A stretch of DNA of 64,000 nt, taken from the NCBI GenBank assembly GCA_965153285.1, contig OZ229112.1. One strand, written 5' to 3'. The notes beneath the pieces were generated by a model, which was not told the origin of the DNA, made no database searches, and saw only the letters and a program-made list of their open reading frames with translations. Below, in pieces: positions 13,301-28,300 of the stretch. Made by a program: the position numbers and the translations under genes. The DNA comes from Podarcis tiliguerta (Eukaryota). Numbering within the stretch: position 1 is the stretch's first letter; each line of letters opens with the position of its first letter.

Positions 13301-16300
13301 GGACAGGCAGTTGCACCTCTCTCTTGACTGAACCACAATCCTCAAACTCAAGAGCTTTCGTTTTTTTTAAATAGCAGGTTTCTATAATGAATAGGATAAT
13401 AGGAGGAGCACAACAGGAGATGAAATATGCGGACAGTATTCTACTACATGGGGAGAAATTAGGCACCTTCATTGCTGGCTGCCAACCAAGATGGCTTTAA
13501 AATAGGATTAGAAAAAATGCATGGAGAAGAGGGCTATCGATTGCTACTAACCATGAACAATATGCGTGCACAATTGGAGTCATCAGTGCTTCTGAATACC
13601 AGTTGCTGGAAAGCACAGGAGATTGGGAGTGTTCTCATGCTCAGGTCCTGCTTGTGCATTTCCCAGAAGCATTTGATTGGCCACTGTGAAAACAGGATGC
13701 TGGACTAGATGCCCCCCCCCCCCAAATAATTCTTGTGAATGCCCATGCCTCCTAGTTAAGTTAATGGGATGCTATCATGTCTGGATTCCCTTTGTATCAA
13801 CCATTACAGTAATGTTGTAAGAAATACTTTCCTATTAGGAGAGTATAAACAGTTATGAAAGTAAAGAAAAAACGCTAAATTTAGTCATAGCTTCTTTTAC
13901 AAATAGAGCGCACTAAAATATGTCATGATTTTTGGTGGTAAAGATAATGTTGTTAGGTCAGGGATAATTGTAAACTATTAATGATAGTCGCATTCCCTTA
14001 GGCAGACTCTGAATCCTGTATGTGCTCTTCTTAAATACAGCCCGCAAAGTTTTTTTTACTGAAATTATTATGTTGCTACTTTAGTACAACTGAGTGAAAT
14101 TAGCGTTTTTAAGATACGGTGAGGCATGACATGTTTGTAACTGCAGGTGCTGCAAAATGATGTCTTGGCTCACCAGTCCACTGTGGAAACAGTTAAGAAA
14201 GCAGGAAATGACCTTATTCAGTCAAGTGCTGTCGAAGAAGCGAGCAATCTGCAAAGCAAGCTGGAACTTCTGAATCAGCGATGGCAAAATGTCTTGGAAA
14301 AAACAGAAAAGAGGAAGCTGCAGCTGGACAGTGCTTTGATCCAGGTGTGTATGAGAAACTGAACAAAAGGGACATAAACTTGCATTGAATTAATAATATT
14401 TGAGCACATTTCAGCCAATATTAGGTTCTTTTACAGTCCTACTGATTTCCACAGGAGAATCGGGAACCCAGTTAGTTAGCTTTCTGTCACTGAAATCGTA
14501 GGACTCTGAAATGGATAACTTTGACTGGATGGTGCCCTTGGAGAACTAGCAATAATTTGAAGTATCAAGCTATAGATCATAACTATCACTGAGCCTGAGT
14601 TTGTGTGCTTAAGTACCCATTTGAACAGCAGTTTTTCTCTGTGCCCAACTGTGCTGTAATTAATATTTGCAGTCATATTTACTGTATGGATGATTTTAAA
14701 AAACACATTTCCAATTGGAATTATTTGAGATATAAAATATAATTAGCAAACACCCACATCCTATATATCTCCATTAAAAGTTTTGTACAATTGATGAAAT
14801 GTTTGTGGGTCTTTCTTTCCTTCCTTCCTTCTTCTTTCTTTCACATTTTACCCTGTTTCATTATACGGACAACAATTTGCAGTTTTTACTCCAGAGGATA
14901 TCTCTGGTTTAGTAGCATTTCTTTTTAGAGTCCCCCCCTTAAGTCTGATTTCATAGGCTCAACATTTACAACCCCTTAGCTGATGTAGCATGTTAGGTTA
15001 TTGAAATATGTTCTGAAATGCTGTGGTGATGTATCGCTTAGGCCCAAGGTTTCCATGGTGAAGTTGAAGATCTGCAACAATGGCTGACAGAAACGGAGCG
15101 TCAGCTTTTGGCATCGAAACCAGTTGGTGGTTTACCAGAGACTGCAAGAGAACAGCTTAATATCCATATGGTAAGGATCTCAATATTGCAGATGGTCCCA
15201 ATTTGGAAGCTAAACTTTTGTGGCCGTTCGTAGTGAAACATTTGCAAAATGAAATGCCTGTAAGGTTTAATGAGAACACTCTTATTTTTTTGGTAATTTA
15301 CTAATTAGCAAAACTGATTGAGCAGTACATGTGTATGTCTGAACAGTTCTCAGCATTATTTTACAGGGAATAAAAAGACTTTAAGGGTATTGTTGATGAC
15401 TCTGTTACTCAGCTATAAAGTTTAGCTGAGTACTAGAGTCATCAAGAATACCCTTAAAGTCTTTTTCTTCCCTGTAAAATAATGCTGAGAACTGCTCAGA
15501 CAGTTGAGTTTTTCTTTTTTCCTTTTCTGTATATCCTCTTCTTTAAACCAGATTGTTTTTGAATTTACTAGCAGTCTCAATTTTGAAAGCTTATTCTATT
15601 GTTCCTTAGCTTTTGTTAGAACATTTTTTAAAAAGCTAGCCAATGATTGCAGAACATTCTCCATTTATTATTTCCTGCCTCATCAATACAACTCATGTTA
15701 CCAGTACACAGAGGCAAAGACTGTACTCTAAGTTACCAGACAGCACAATGGTATTCTTCTTTTCAGTGTCTGAATGAAGTAGTTCAGAGCCAAAACCTCA
15801 TTAACAGTTGCCTGCCCTCTTGTACTTAGAATATAAGATTAAGTTCTTAACTGCAACTAGGTTCAGATTTAGGTTATCATTCAGTGGTGCTGCAAGCATG
15901 TGCAGCATTGCAACCAAGATCTGGAATGTAAAGAAATGGCACTCACGTGTGGGAGAGAGCTTTTCTACTTCCTTTTTTAATGAAACAGCTTTTAAATAGA
16001 ACAGCCAGCCCCAGGCAAACAAGGCACACAAATCTGCCTTTCTTTGCACTCCAGCCTTGGTGTATATTTCTCAGAAAAGTTAACTTAGAGGATAAGTACA
16101 TATTTGACGGAGGTGCAAAGCGTAGCTGGTGGGTTTTTCTGTATGCAGCTTCACAATCTTCTGTGGTTATGCCTTTGTTTTTGATCAGCTTTGATCACCA
16201 TGGCCTGGTAAGATGGTTCATTTCACGCAGAAATTTAAGGGCACAGGCCAAAGCTTATGACTGTCACACACACAAGTAATAAATCAGATTTTACTGGGCT

Positions 16301-19300
16301 GTTTCTTGTGTTCTGAACAGCCCTTGTTTTAGCCTCTCTTTTGAACCTGGAGAGGGAAGGGAGAAGTGGCATATCCATGCCCCTGGAAATTAGTTGTGGG
16401 CTGCAGACTGCCCAGGTCTGGAAATGCACAGTGGCACCTCCTTTGTTCAACTCACATTAACTCCCCAAAATATAGCTAGCATGTTTAAAGTTATATGTGA
16501 AACTTTTAAGGGGGTAACATTTTCAAATAAATGTTTATGCATTAACGATTTGCAATACTTTCCCTCTTTGGTTAGGAACTCTGTGCTGCCTTTGAAGCTA
16601 AAGAAGAAACATACAAGTGTCTGATGCAAAAGGGCCTACAGATGCTTGCAAGATGCCTAGAGACTATTGAAACAAATGTTGAGCAGGACATAAATAATCT
16701 TAAAGAGAAATGGGAATCGGTGGAAACAAAGCTGAGTGAAAGAAAAGTATGTTGCATATCGAACATGGGGAAATTCTCTGAAATGTGTCTTAATATTAGA
16801 ATATTGCAAATACAGAATTTTCCTCTTAGCAGGCACTAGGGATCCATGCAATTAAACCTGTAAATGATGTCACACACCATGATTCATCTGGAAAAGCTGA
16901 TCAATAAATTACATGGCAGCAGACCAATGTTTGTAAATGAAAACACCCCCTATTGTAGTCTATAGGTCGCAGACCTAAGGAATGAATAAATCCTTTCTAC
17001 CCACCCAGTCCATCATCCTGTCAGCTTGGAACTGATGCTTTAATTTTATTGCTGGCATTTGAACATAGCAATTCTTAAAAGTTTTAAGTGATGAGGCCTC
17101 TCTCGTGCCCTCTGGGAGGCGACCTCATATTCCTGGATAAGCATCTTACTCATAGCTATGGTTTTCCATGGGGGTGGACATTCTTTTGTAAAAAAATAAA
17201 AATAAAAAAATACTCCAAACATAGATAAACAGTTTACTCTGAGCCAGACTATAAATTACATCTTGAAACAGCTGAAATACAAATGTGTTCATAAGAAACA
17301 GAAATGATTAAACAAACAAATGAAGCCATTCTTGGAAAAAGGAGTATTTGCATTCTCATATAATGTAAATTTAAAGGATTGTTTCAATTGTATTAGATGG
17401 CCTGGGCCAGCAAAACCTTTGGGTAGTCAGTACGGTTACATATGATATTGTGGACAAACCATGTTGACACCCAACACATTATATTCTTCAGCTGTATGAG
17501 AAAGGGGCTCAGTTCACATTATATCACTAAACCATTGTTTAGCATTGGGGGATAAGTCACAGCTAGCCTCAGACTAGCCTCTAGACACATCAAAGAAGTG
17601 TTTCAGTTAAATGCGTTGTAAATTTAAACAGGGGAAACAGGTAGAGAAAAACGGGACTCCACAGCACCATCTGGTAGACACTGTTATATCACATATACAA
17701 TCTAGCTGAGTCCTTGTTCACTCCCCTGTCCTCCAGTGCAGCCCCGAGGGGAGGATCGAAAGCTTCCACTTCTGTTTTGGATAAACCACTGTTTAGCACT
17801 GCATCTGAACCATAAACTGCATAAACAAGACAGCTTCTTAAACTATGGCTTTTTTTTTTTTCATTTCAGCAAGCCATAGTTAAGATTAAACACATGGGTT
17901 TGGATGCTATGAAAGGCTATAGTTAATAAATAAAAATGAAACCTATTGAATTTCTCCTTCTGACTGTGCCATAGTGGGGAGGACAGGAGCTTAAGACTTA
18001 CTCTCATAACATCCGAAACAGCAGTAGTCTATATGGTGGAAGAGAGGGGGGTAGCTTCTGTTCTGCACAAAGACTTGCCAGCCCCAAAGTTGTCTGAACT
18101 AGACCTGCATTCGGCAAAAAAGGATAGTCTCCACAGTGCAAATTCCCAACTTTATCTTCCTAATCCTTCATGCAATGCAACCGCATATTATCCCCTTTTC
18201 ATGCAAGCAGAATCAAAGCTGAAATGATGTTCCTGGATTACTGTCTGAATACTTGTAAGGCTCATCATTTAGCACTGTGGCAGGAATCTGTATGTGGCAT
18301 TGGATGCTCTTCTGCCTGCTCAGCCCTTGTAGGTTCTCTGTTTTGTCAGTTTCTGCTGAAATATTTTTAGAAATATCTTTCCTTGTATGCCGTTTAAATA
18401 TTCAGAGCATACCAGTATTAAACTAGGGGGTGGGGGGTAGGCAAGAGGACAACAGTGGCCTTTTTCCAAATTACATTCAGACATGATTTGGTTTATTTCT
18501 CTATAAAGTTTATATGGTTTCTAGTATAAACTGTCCACTGCTGCTAATTTATGGTGTGTTCTTACAGATCAAACTGGAAGAAGCTCTCAATTTGGCAATG
18601 GAGTTCCACAACTCACTGCAGGACTTCATCAACTGGCTTACTCAAGCTGAGCAAACCTTGACAGTAGCTTCTCGGCCAAGTCTTATCTTGGATACTGTCT
18701 TATTTCAAATTGATGAACACAAGGTATGTACAGAAACAACAACAGATGTGCAACTTTCTTCTTCCCGTTCCTTGGACCCACAGGCTGGCTGGCTTGTATT
18801 AATGTTTAAAACAAGCCAGCACCATTAAAATCCAAAGACGTTTTACAGTTTTTTTAAAGTGACATTTTATAGTGTCTCTGACCAATAAAGCAGTGCATAA
18901 CACCATCAGTTCTTAGGTATATATCTGCGTGCTAGAAGACTCTGAAGCTTTTCAAATACTATCTTTTTTCTTTCTTTCACAAGGTCTTTGCCAATGAAGT
19001 GAATGCCCACCGTGACCAGATTATTGAGCTGGACAAAACTGGAACACATTTGAAATACTTCAGCCAGAAACAGGACGTTGTCCTCATTAAAAATCTGCTG
19101 ATCAGTGTCCAGAGTAGATGGGAAAAAGTAGTTCAGCGCTTAGTGGAAAGAGGAAGAGCTTTGGATGATGCAAGGAAGCGTGCCAAGCAGGTAATGTGGC
19201 AAGTCTTCCATAACAATTGGAGCGTAACCTTGCTGTAACTAAACCCATGTTTAAATGAACAGTGTGATGACTTTAAGTCATCTGAAGGAAACTGGAATAT

Positions 19301-22300
19301 TAGATCAACAGGTTTGGCAAGTAGTGAAGAAGAGAAGAAGAGTTTGGATTTGATATCCCGCCTTTCACTCCCTTTAAGGAGTCTCAAAGCGGCTAACAAT
19401 CTCCTTTCCCTTCCTCCCCCACAACAAACACTCTGTGAGGTGAGTGGGGCTAAGAGACTTCAAAGAAGTGTGACTGGCCCAAGGTCACCCAGCAGCTGCA
19501 TGTGGAGGAGCGGGGAAGCGAACCCGGTTCACCAGATTACGAGTCTACCGCTCTTAACCACTACACCACACTGGCTCTCAGTGGGAACCAGAATGGCTGT
19601 TTCTTCAGGCCAGACACCAAAAATGAAAGTAGAATCTTTACTTTCCAACCAAGCAACAGAGTGGTATATGGATGTAGTGTTCCTGTTTTGCACGGGAAGT
19701 TCATCCTTATTTTATTTTTCACAATCATCTTCATTAATCCACCATTTTCTGAAACAAATTGCAACCTCTCTACATGGGTGCTTCTAGCCTTCTCAACATT
19801 TTTGTAGTGTCAACTTAGGCTGAGGCTCATTATCAAAGGGATATGACTGTGTAGGGATCATGTCATTTCAGGGTTTTATGTATGTGTAGAGGAGGTGGAT
19901 GAAAATCAGAGCCCATATTTTGGTGGGACAGAGAGATGGCTACATGAGGCAGGCAACTCAAACTTTTGATTATGTGTGTTAGTTTTTCATGTGGGCTGCA
20001 GTTGTCTGTTTTTAAACAAAACAACATCCCATATAAAAAATAAGGAAGTACTGTCTCTGCATGATTGCAATACCCTCAACACAACACTTTATCATATGTG
20101 TGAATCATCCCAACAAGATAGTGTGTCTAAGGAAAGAGTGGCAAACCCATGGATCACATGGGACCCATGAGGCTATGTCAGGCAACTTACTTGCCCCCAG
20201 AAAATTTGGGACCTCTTCCTCCACTTAATAGCAAAGGTGCCTCTTCTCCTTCTGCTGTGATGCCAGAGGTAGGACACTGAACTCAAGAGACACAGAAGCA
20301 CTTCCTTCTGTTTCCTGAGCTCCAGGTCCTGCTTTCAATGGTTCCTTGCCAAAAGGAGAAGAGGCACATTGGCAGGGTAACTGGGGGCCTCTTGTTCTCA
20401 CTCCAGCCCTGGGCTAGGAAGAAAGGATCCCCTCTTCCTAGTCCAGCACTGATGTTGGCAGAAAAACAGTATGCATGTTCTATTGACCTCTAGGTATGTT
20501 GTGTGTATGTATAGTGTATGTTTCTACATGTGGTGGGTGCATGGGTGGCAGCATGTTAGTTGCATTTGTGCTGAGCGTATGTGGCCCTTGAAGGGTTCAG
20601 CAACCCTCAGAGTGGCCCTCGGGCCAGAAAGGGCCACTCCTGGTCAAGTAGATATGTCACTGTGTCAATAGAGGTTGGGAGTCTTGGATTTTCCCAGCAT
20701 GGGCTTGAACCTTATACTCTGCTGACTGAGCAATCCCAGAGAAATTTCAAATAATTTGCATCACTCTAAAAGGGAAATAGTCCTTTGGTCCAACATTTAT
20801 TTGTGTGAGTCCAGTCTGGATTGCCTGGCTTTTAATATTGTGGGCCTGATTCAACTAAGTTGTTGCACCAGTGGAAGCCAGCACCCTGACTTCTGCCAAT
20901 GCAACTTGGCTTCCCGTCCTCGCCTACCCTGCACCCTCCCCATTTAAATTAGTAGACATGACTGACTTAGACCCATTAATTTCAGTGCATACACTCTGAG
21001 TGAAACCTAACTGAATGCAACCCTTAATATTTTTTCAAAGCTAAATGTGCATTGAATGTTTTGAATGCATAATCTATGCCTATCAATGTATGTAATTGAA
21101 AATCTTGATTTTCCACAGTTCCATGAAGCCTGGAACAAACTTACTGAATGGCTGGATGATTCAGAAAAGACTCTGGATGCAGAGCTTGAAATTGCAAATG
21201 ATCCAGACAAAATTAAGATGCAGCTTGCCCAGCATAAGGTGAGTCACTGGTAATGGAATGTAGAGGCTGTCCAATCAGATGGCAGGAAAGCCAGTGAACC
21301 AAGCACTGTGTAATTAGCAGAAGGAGGGAGATTTATTGGTCACTAGGTTGGAATGTTTGCCACCATCAAATTCAAACACTGGCAGTTTTCCAGCTTGTAA
21401 AATAAATAGAAGCTGGGAGGTTTCTCTGCAGGGTTCCATCTTCTGAAACTACATGTGGAAAGGAAAAGCACAATAGTAAAGAATCATAGGAACAAGATAA
21501 AGGGCACTATGCTATTTTTTTCTGTGTGCAATGTTATAGGACAATAGGATCTGCTAGAGTTTAACTACACTCAAGACGGGCTCAGAGATTGTGTGGATCA
21601 CCATTTGTAACATGTTTTTTTAAAAAAACAAAAAACAACCCAGCTTATCTCAAAAAAATAAGCAAAGTACAGTTTGATGGACAAATCCTTAATCGCTTTA
21701 GTGAAACAATTCCCCACCACCACTTGGAAATGCATTAGATGCAGTGGGGCTGTCAACAACACAAATGAACGTTGCAGAAGGAAAAAAGAGAGTTTTTCTG
21801 TTAAGGGTCCACAGCTGTCAAGCGCCTTTCCATAAATCTGGTGATGTGCAGATGAAAAGTAATCTTTAAAACCTGGGCCTCTTCTGAATGGATATAGGGA
21901 AAGGGACACGCTGTGCACAGGGATGATATGCTCCACAAAACTACTTGTATGCTGAAGTTCAAGAATTACTGTTACTTTGGTCTGCCTAGCACTCTCAATA
22001 TCTTGGTTGTCAATCAAATTTTAGCACCTTACTCTTAAAAAAGCATCAGGCGGGTACCTTTACTGTACTCTTTCTGCCATCCCTTAAAACAGGCTTCCTC
22101 AAACTCGGCCCTCCCAGATGTTTTTGGCCTACAACTCCCATGATCCTTAGCTAGCAGGACCAGTGGCCAGGGATGATGGGAATTGTAGTCTCAAAACACC
22201 TGGAGTTTAAGGAAGCCTGCCTTAAAACATTTTTGTTTAGGCAAGCCTATCCAGAAAGGTAGATGTGTGTTTTAGCCTCTTTTACCTATCTCTAATTCTT

Positions 22301-25300
22301 AATTGGGACGCGGGTGGCGCTGTGGGTTAAACCACAGAGCCTAGGGCTTGCCGATCAGAAGGTCGGCGGTTCGAATCCCAGCGACGGAGTGAGCTCCCAT
22401 TGCTCAGTCCCTGCTCCTGCGAACCTAGCAGTTCAAAAGCACGTCAAAGTGCAAGTAGATAAATAGGTAGTGCTCTGGTGGGAAGGTAAACGGCATTTCC
22501 GTGCGCTGCTCTGGTTCACCAGAAGCGGCTTAGTCATGCTGGCCACATGACCCAGAAGCTGTACGCCAGCTCCCTCGTCCAATAAAGCGAGATGAGCGCC
22601 GCAACCCCAGAGTCATCTGCGACTAGACCTAATGGTCAGGGGTCCCTTTACCTTTAATTCTTATTTATTGTTTTAGCTGTTTTTATTGATACTTTTAATA
22701 TTCCTTGTTTTATTACAATCAAACAGTGTGTGAATAAAATTGACTGTAGAGGCCTTTGAATTAGCTTTCAGCACTTTCCCCTTCATTATACACAGTTTAC
22801 TGAGTCCTAGTGCCAAAGATGCTATATGGATGTACAGGGTGTTAAATCTTGTCTTGACTAGATGAATGGGTAAGATCATTACTATAAATAAAAGATAACG
22901 TGCAAGTAGATTCATATCAACCAGCAGCTCTGCTTAATTATGACTTCCACTGCCTTTTCTGAACACCAGAAGCTGCCTTATACCAAACTGGATGTGATTT
23001 CACACAGATTTCACACAGGAATATTCTATACCTGGAGGTGTCAGGAACTGAACCTTCTATATGCATAGGATGGGTTTTACCACTGATCTACAGACCTCGC
23101 CCCTGATCAGATGATAATCCCATCAGTATGTGCATTCTGGAAGGATTTTGAGTTTTAAAAGAGCTCAGAATGGCCACCAGTCTTCTTCTGGGACTGGATT
23201 TTTACACTCAGCTGGCAACTAGTATGTTTAGAAATGGGTCTTTTGTGGGAAAACATTTTTAGATATTTTTTTTTAAAGAAATTCAAATTTTCATGTTGTT
23301 TTTAAATTCAAAAGTGCAGATTAATTCAGAAAAGGAGTGGAATGGATTTATGAAAGCACATTTGGTAAACTGACACACACTGGAAACATACTGACTTGTC
23401 CACCTCTATTAACCTCCCATTCCCCCGATACATGGACAGTCATAAAATAGCCTCAAAAAATCCTAGCTACTCCTCTTAGCAAATATTTGTATGTTGCATG
23501 CCTTTGGTTGCTGTATGTTTTCAATCTTCCTTTTATAAAGTAAACCATTGAGCCATTGTTGAAGGTTTTAATGCTTTTAGTATCTAAGGCTAAAGACCAT
23601 AGACTAGGCTCTATTTGATATATGGAATAACTTGGCTTCGTTCTTTGGGAGTTTTCAAGAAATGAAGATTCTAAAAATGAGCTGTCTCATATTTGTTACA
23701 TATTGCCAAAGATTTGAAGGAGTATTCATTGGCTTTTTATCAGTCCCCAACCACCACCAAGCTCTTTGCATGTTATATTTAGAAGTCAGTGAAGAAAGAA
23801 TGGGCCGTGTAGTTTGTCTTAATCCCTTTTTCAAGGATTTTTTTTAAAAAAAGAATATTGATATATTTTAAGGCAGGGGTATCCTTCAAAAAATTGCTGG
23901 ACTACAACACCCATCATCCCTGACCATTTGTCATGTTGGCTGGGGCTATTGGAGGTCCAAATCATATTTAGGTCACCACATCAGCTACCCCCTCCCCATT
24001 TTTAGGTTAATATGCACCTCATTACGAGTCAACCTCCATTTACTTTACAGAAGTGACATTGGTAGGATAAATCTTTTTTATTCAATGACTGTAATTGCTT
24101 GTGAGTTTCATTCTAGAGAATATTTGTAAATGATATAGCCACCAAAGAATTCACAAAATTCAGTCTTGCGTTTCTATTGACCAACATTTCTTTGGCGGAT
24201 TCCTTATTTGTGCCTTCTTGCAAAAGCATGATAGATGTACATCTTGATAATCTTAGCACAGCCCTACTCCAGAGAAGATAGCGATACAGAAATAATCAAG
24301 CATTTTATTGTTTACATGGGGGGCACTCACTCTCTGTAGTATTTAGCATTTAATACTTTGTTAAGTAGTGTACTGAATGCAAGTTAACCTAAGGTTTGTC
24401 ATGTTCCTTTTTTAATGATAAAGAATGGAATAATATTTTCCAGTGTAGCTTCTTTATTCTAGTCCATAAGTCAGTAAACCTAAGGGATTGGGTTTCAGAT
24501 GATTTAACATGGACTTCTACATTGATTTGAATGCTAGTGATTTGGTGTAAATGCTTTGTAGAAGACAGTCCAAACTTGTGGACTATCACTTCAAGCTGAG
24601 CACCAATGCCTTGCTACCATTTCTCTTGCATAACTTATTTTAATTGCTCAATTAAAGTCATTTGATTGATAGTCTTATTGATCCCATGAACACGAGGTAT
24701 ATTCTGGAATAAATGCCAGCGGGTTCTGGAATCTAAATATCCCGGTGACATTTCATGATATTTCCTTGCTAAATGTAGTTTGTATGAAAATCTCATTCAT
24801 TGTGTTTGGCCCTGTTCACACATCTGATAAATCATAGATAATGATTGACCGTGAACATGCCTAGCTGGGCTGTTTATTTCCTCCCTACTAATACACAGAA
24901 GACTCAAACCCTGATCCTTTGCTTTGGGATCATGCTTTATTTCACTGTCAACAAGCCATGACTGCTAAGCCAAAAGCGGAGCTTTGCTAGAAATTGTGGC
25001 TTGTTGGGACAGAAACAAACCACGACCCCTGGTTCAGATGTAATGCTAAGCCAGGGATCATAGCTGATTCATTTCCTCTGCACATGAGATGGGAAGAGTG
25101 AAGTGGGCATAATTCATCCATGCATTATAAGCCATGCTTTATGGATGATGTGTGAGTGTGGTCTTCGTCTCCAAACGGCACAAAATACATTGTGTAGGTT
25201 ATGTGTGTTGTGTGCTTCATATTGAGTCTCTTTCTTGAACAGGAGTTCCAGAAGGCTCTTGGAGCTAAACATTCTGTGTATGACACCACAAATAGAAGTG

Positions 25301-28300
25301 GACGTGCTTTGAAAGAAAAAACTTCCCTAGCTGATGACAATCTGAAACTGGATGATATGCTGAGTGAACTCAGAGACAAATGGGATACAGTATGCGGGAA
25401 ATCTGTAGAAAGGTAAGACAAAAAAGCTTTGCATCTTACTTAAAAGAGGCTCTGTAAAGCAGTAGCTAGGTCACTGTCTCCTTATCATCCCATTTTCCTT
25501 TCCCCAGCTGGTCTTCAGTGAATGTCCCTGGTCAGAATAAAATTATGAGAGTCTCACTTTGAGCAGAGGATGTAGGTTCTTGGCTCCACTTCCCCATCCC
25601 TTAGAGTGTTTAAGACTGTGTACACATTATTCGCTTAAGATTAAGCTGATTGGGAAGGGGAGAAGGCATCAGAAATGCAGCATTTAATAAGGAATGACAG
25701 GCTAGATAAAGGATAGGTGTGGATTATCTCTAGCATCATGTGTACACTGTTTCTCAAACCAGCATTGGAAATGCACTGGATGCAGAGTAAATGGGAGCCA
25801 AAATCTCAGAATAAGCCAGCTGCAGAATAGGTATTGGTTTGTTATTCCAAGGGTGGCTGGAGGCAGAGGAGACCCATTTCATATTCAGCCAAAGTCTCTG
25901 GGATGGTTTAGAGCTCCATTTCAGAAGAGTCCTGTGAAATGGGAAGTGCATGGTCCAACTCCTACGCACTTTTCTTTATGTTGTATATTCCTTTAGTTCT
26001 AGGTTTGAGCTCAAATCTTGTCTCCTGAATATATGAACAGTATATTCATTTGGCTCCTCCACTTGGTCTTGATAGAGGGGTGTATAAAGCCAGAACATTT
26101 TGTTTTGTTTATTGTTACCTCTGAAAACTCCCCCAGCCCAGTTGGAAGAGAGGAAGGGGTGGTGGTAAAACTGGAAGAGCATGTAGCCCCTGGAATAGCA
26201 ACTGATTGGAGGCAGGGCAAGGGGTCTAGGAAGCAGGAACTAGTAGTTGGCAAGATAGAAGCAGAAATGTTGTCACTGTGGAGAGGCTGTAAATGAAGGA
26301 AGCTGCAGGAGGTAGGATGAATTCTAAAAGACCTAGATTTATGGTCTTAGAGTCATATTGCTGAGTGCATGGGCATAGGGTGCCTGTAGATCTGCAATCA
26401 CTCCCCCCCTCCCTTTTTTTCACTGTGTCTGTCTTGTTTTCCCACTTCAGACAAAACAAACTGGAAGAAGCGCTGCTGTTTTCTGGGCAATTTACTGATG
26501 CTCTTCAAGCTCTCATAGATTGGCTGTACAAAGTGGAACCGCAGCTGGCCGAAGATCAGCCTGTGCACGGAGACATTGATTTAGTGATGAACTTAATAGA
26601 TAATCACAAAGTAATGGCCACAAAATTACAGTCATTTTCATATTATTTTGAATCAAGCTGTTCAAAGCATTTTGAGTAAATGCCTGTTGGGTCAATTTGT
26701 AACTTTTAAGAAAGATTGATGAGGCCGTTCAATAGGTTAAAAACCTTGGCCTGTGGTATAAAAACTGGCTGGAGAGGGAAAAGAGCTTGCTGACTGCAAC
26801 AATCAAGATTTATCTGAAACTTGCCTTCAATGCTAAAGTTGATCTGCTACATTTTTCTTCATGCAGATTTTAATTCGGATTATTAGAACTAAAAATGCTC
26901 TTGAAAGTTTCTCAGAAACAGTGGGTAATAGCATTAGCAGCCTTAGCTTTTTAGTCCAATCCATTTATAAGAGATGCAGAAACTACTGCTCACATGTTCC
27001 ACCATCTGCAAGGGCTGCCCCTTGTCTTTTAAAGGAAGCAAGAGATTTGTGGGCACATGCTTTTGCACATATAGAACTGCTGAGACAAAAAGAAACTGTC
27101 TCAGCAAAATATTGCAGAAGATGTGGAGCCCTGGATCAGAGTGTAGGAGTATAAGAGTGGCAGGGAGAGTGAAGGAGCCCCATGTTATCAAAGTTTGCAC
27201 TAGTTTTCAGTTCCTTGTGTGCCTAGAGATTCCTAGTGAAAGTTTCAGGGGTTTTCAATACGTTGTCTTCTTTTTTAATTGGCAGTGTTCACATGATCCC
27301 ACATTGCATAAGGAAGATATTGTTGACCTAATGGTTTCTTTCGGAATATATGTAGAACTACTGATTTGTAAGAAGTGAGGGGGACATTCAAATATGGTAG
27401 AGTAGCAAGGATTGAGTAAAACAAAGCCAGACAGGGGGATGAAAATATTTACGGGACTCACCTTACAAAACAAAATAATGTTCAGTTAAGTTTAATTTCT
27501 TTAAAAATTAAGTCTATAAAAATGAACTTTCTCCATAGTTGTGATAGCTGTGTTACTCTGTTATTTGGGGAGATAATAGAAGGAACCATTTATTTCCTTT
27601 TCTTAGGCCTTCCAGAAGGAACTGGGAAAAAGGACAGGCAGCGTCCAGGCACTGAAACGCTCTGCTCGTGAACTGATAGAAGGTAGTCGTGATGATTCCT
27701 CCTGGGTTAAGGTCCAAATGCAGGAGCTGGGCACTCGGTGGGAGACGGTGTGTGCATTGTCCGTCTCCAAGCAAACACGACTGGAACAAGCCCTCCACCA
27801 GGTGAAGAATGAACCAATTACACTTATTTCAATCAGATGCAGCCTATGCATGGGTTGGGATTGCAATTATTGCGTATATTGCCGCATAGGAAGCGACGAG
27901 ACAAGGAGGGCCTCGTCTGCGCCATGCCTGTGCCACCAGGTTCTGCATAAGTTAAGGAGTCCACGGTGAAGCAATGGATAGATAAGCACAAAGCAGCTTA
28001 TGCAAAAGACATTAAAGTTGAAACAGGAGTCCTGATTGCTAATTGCAGCTATTTCACCAGGCCATGTCAATGGAGTGGTGCTCTTGACTAGGCTGAATTG
28101 CAAATAGTCTGCCCTACAGGAAACCTTTTAAAAAGTTATTGAATCATGAGGAGAAAGATAGGCCAGTGCTACATTTTTTTTTACTTCATTCTGTTTTTCC
28201 TTTGTAGAGAGTTACATGTGCAGGAGCCTTGCTGCTTTCATATACTAAAAAATATAGGGAAAATAATTTCAAAACAATTCCCAAACTCCTCCAGACACAC

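Noticed and set aside
19314-19807. 157-aa and 101-aa ORFs; tRNA-like sequence
   Set aside because: They read through a tRNA-derived SINE. There is no complete cloverleaf, so this is not a tRNA gene.
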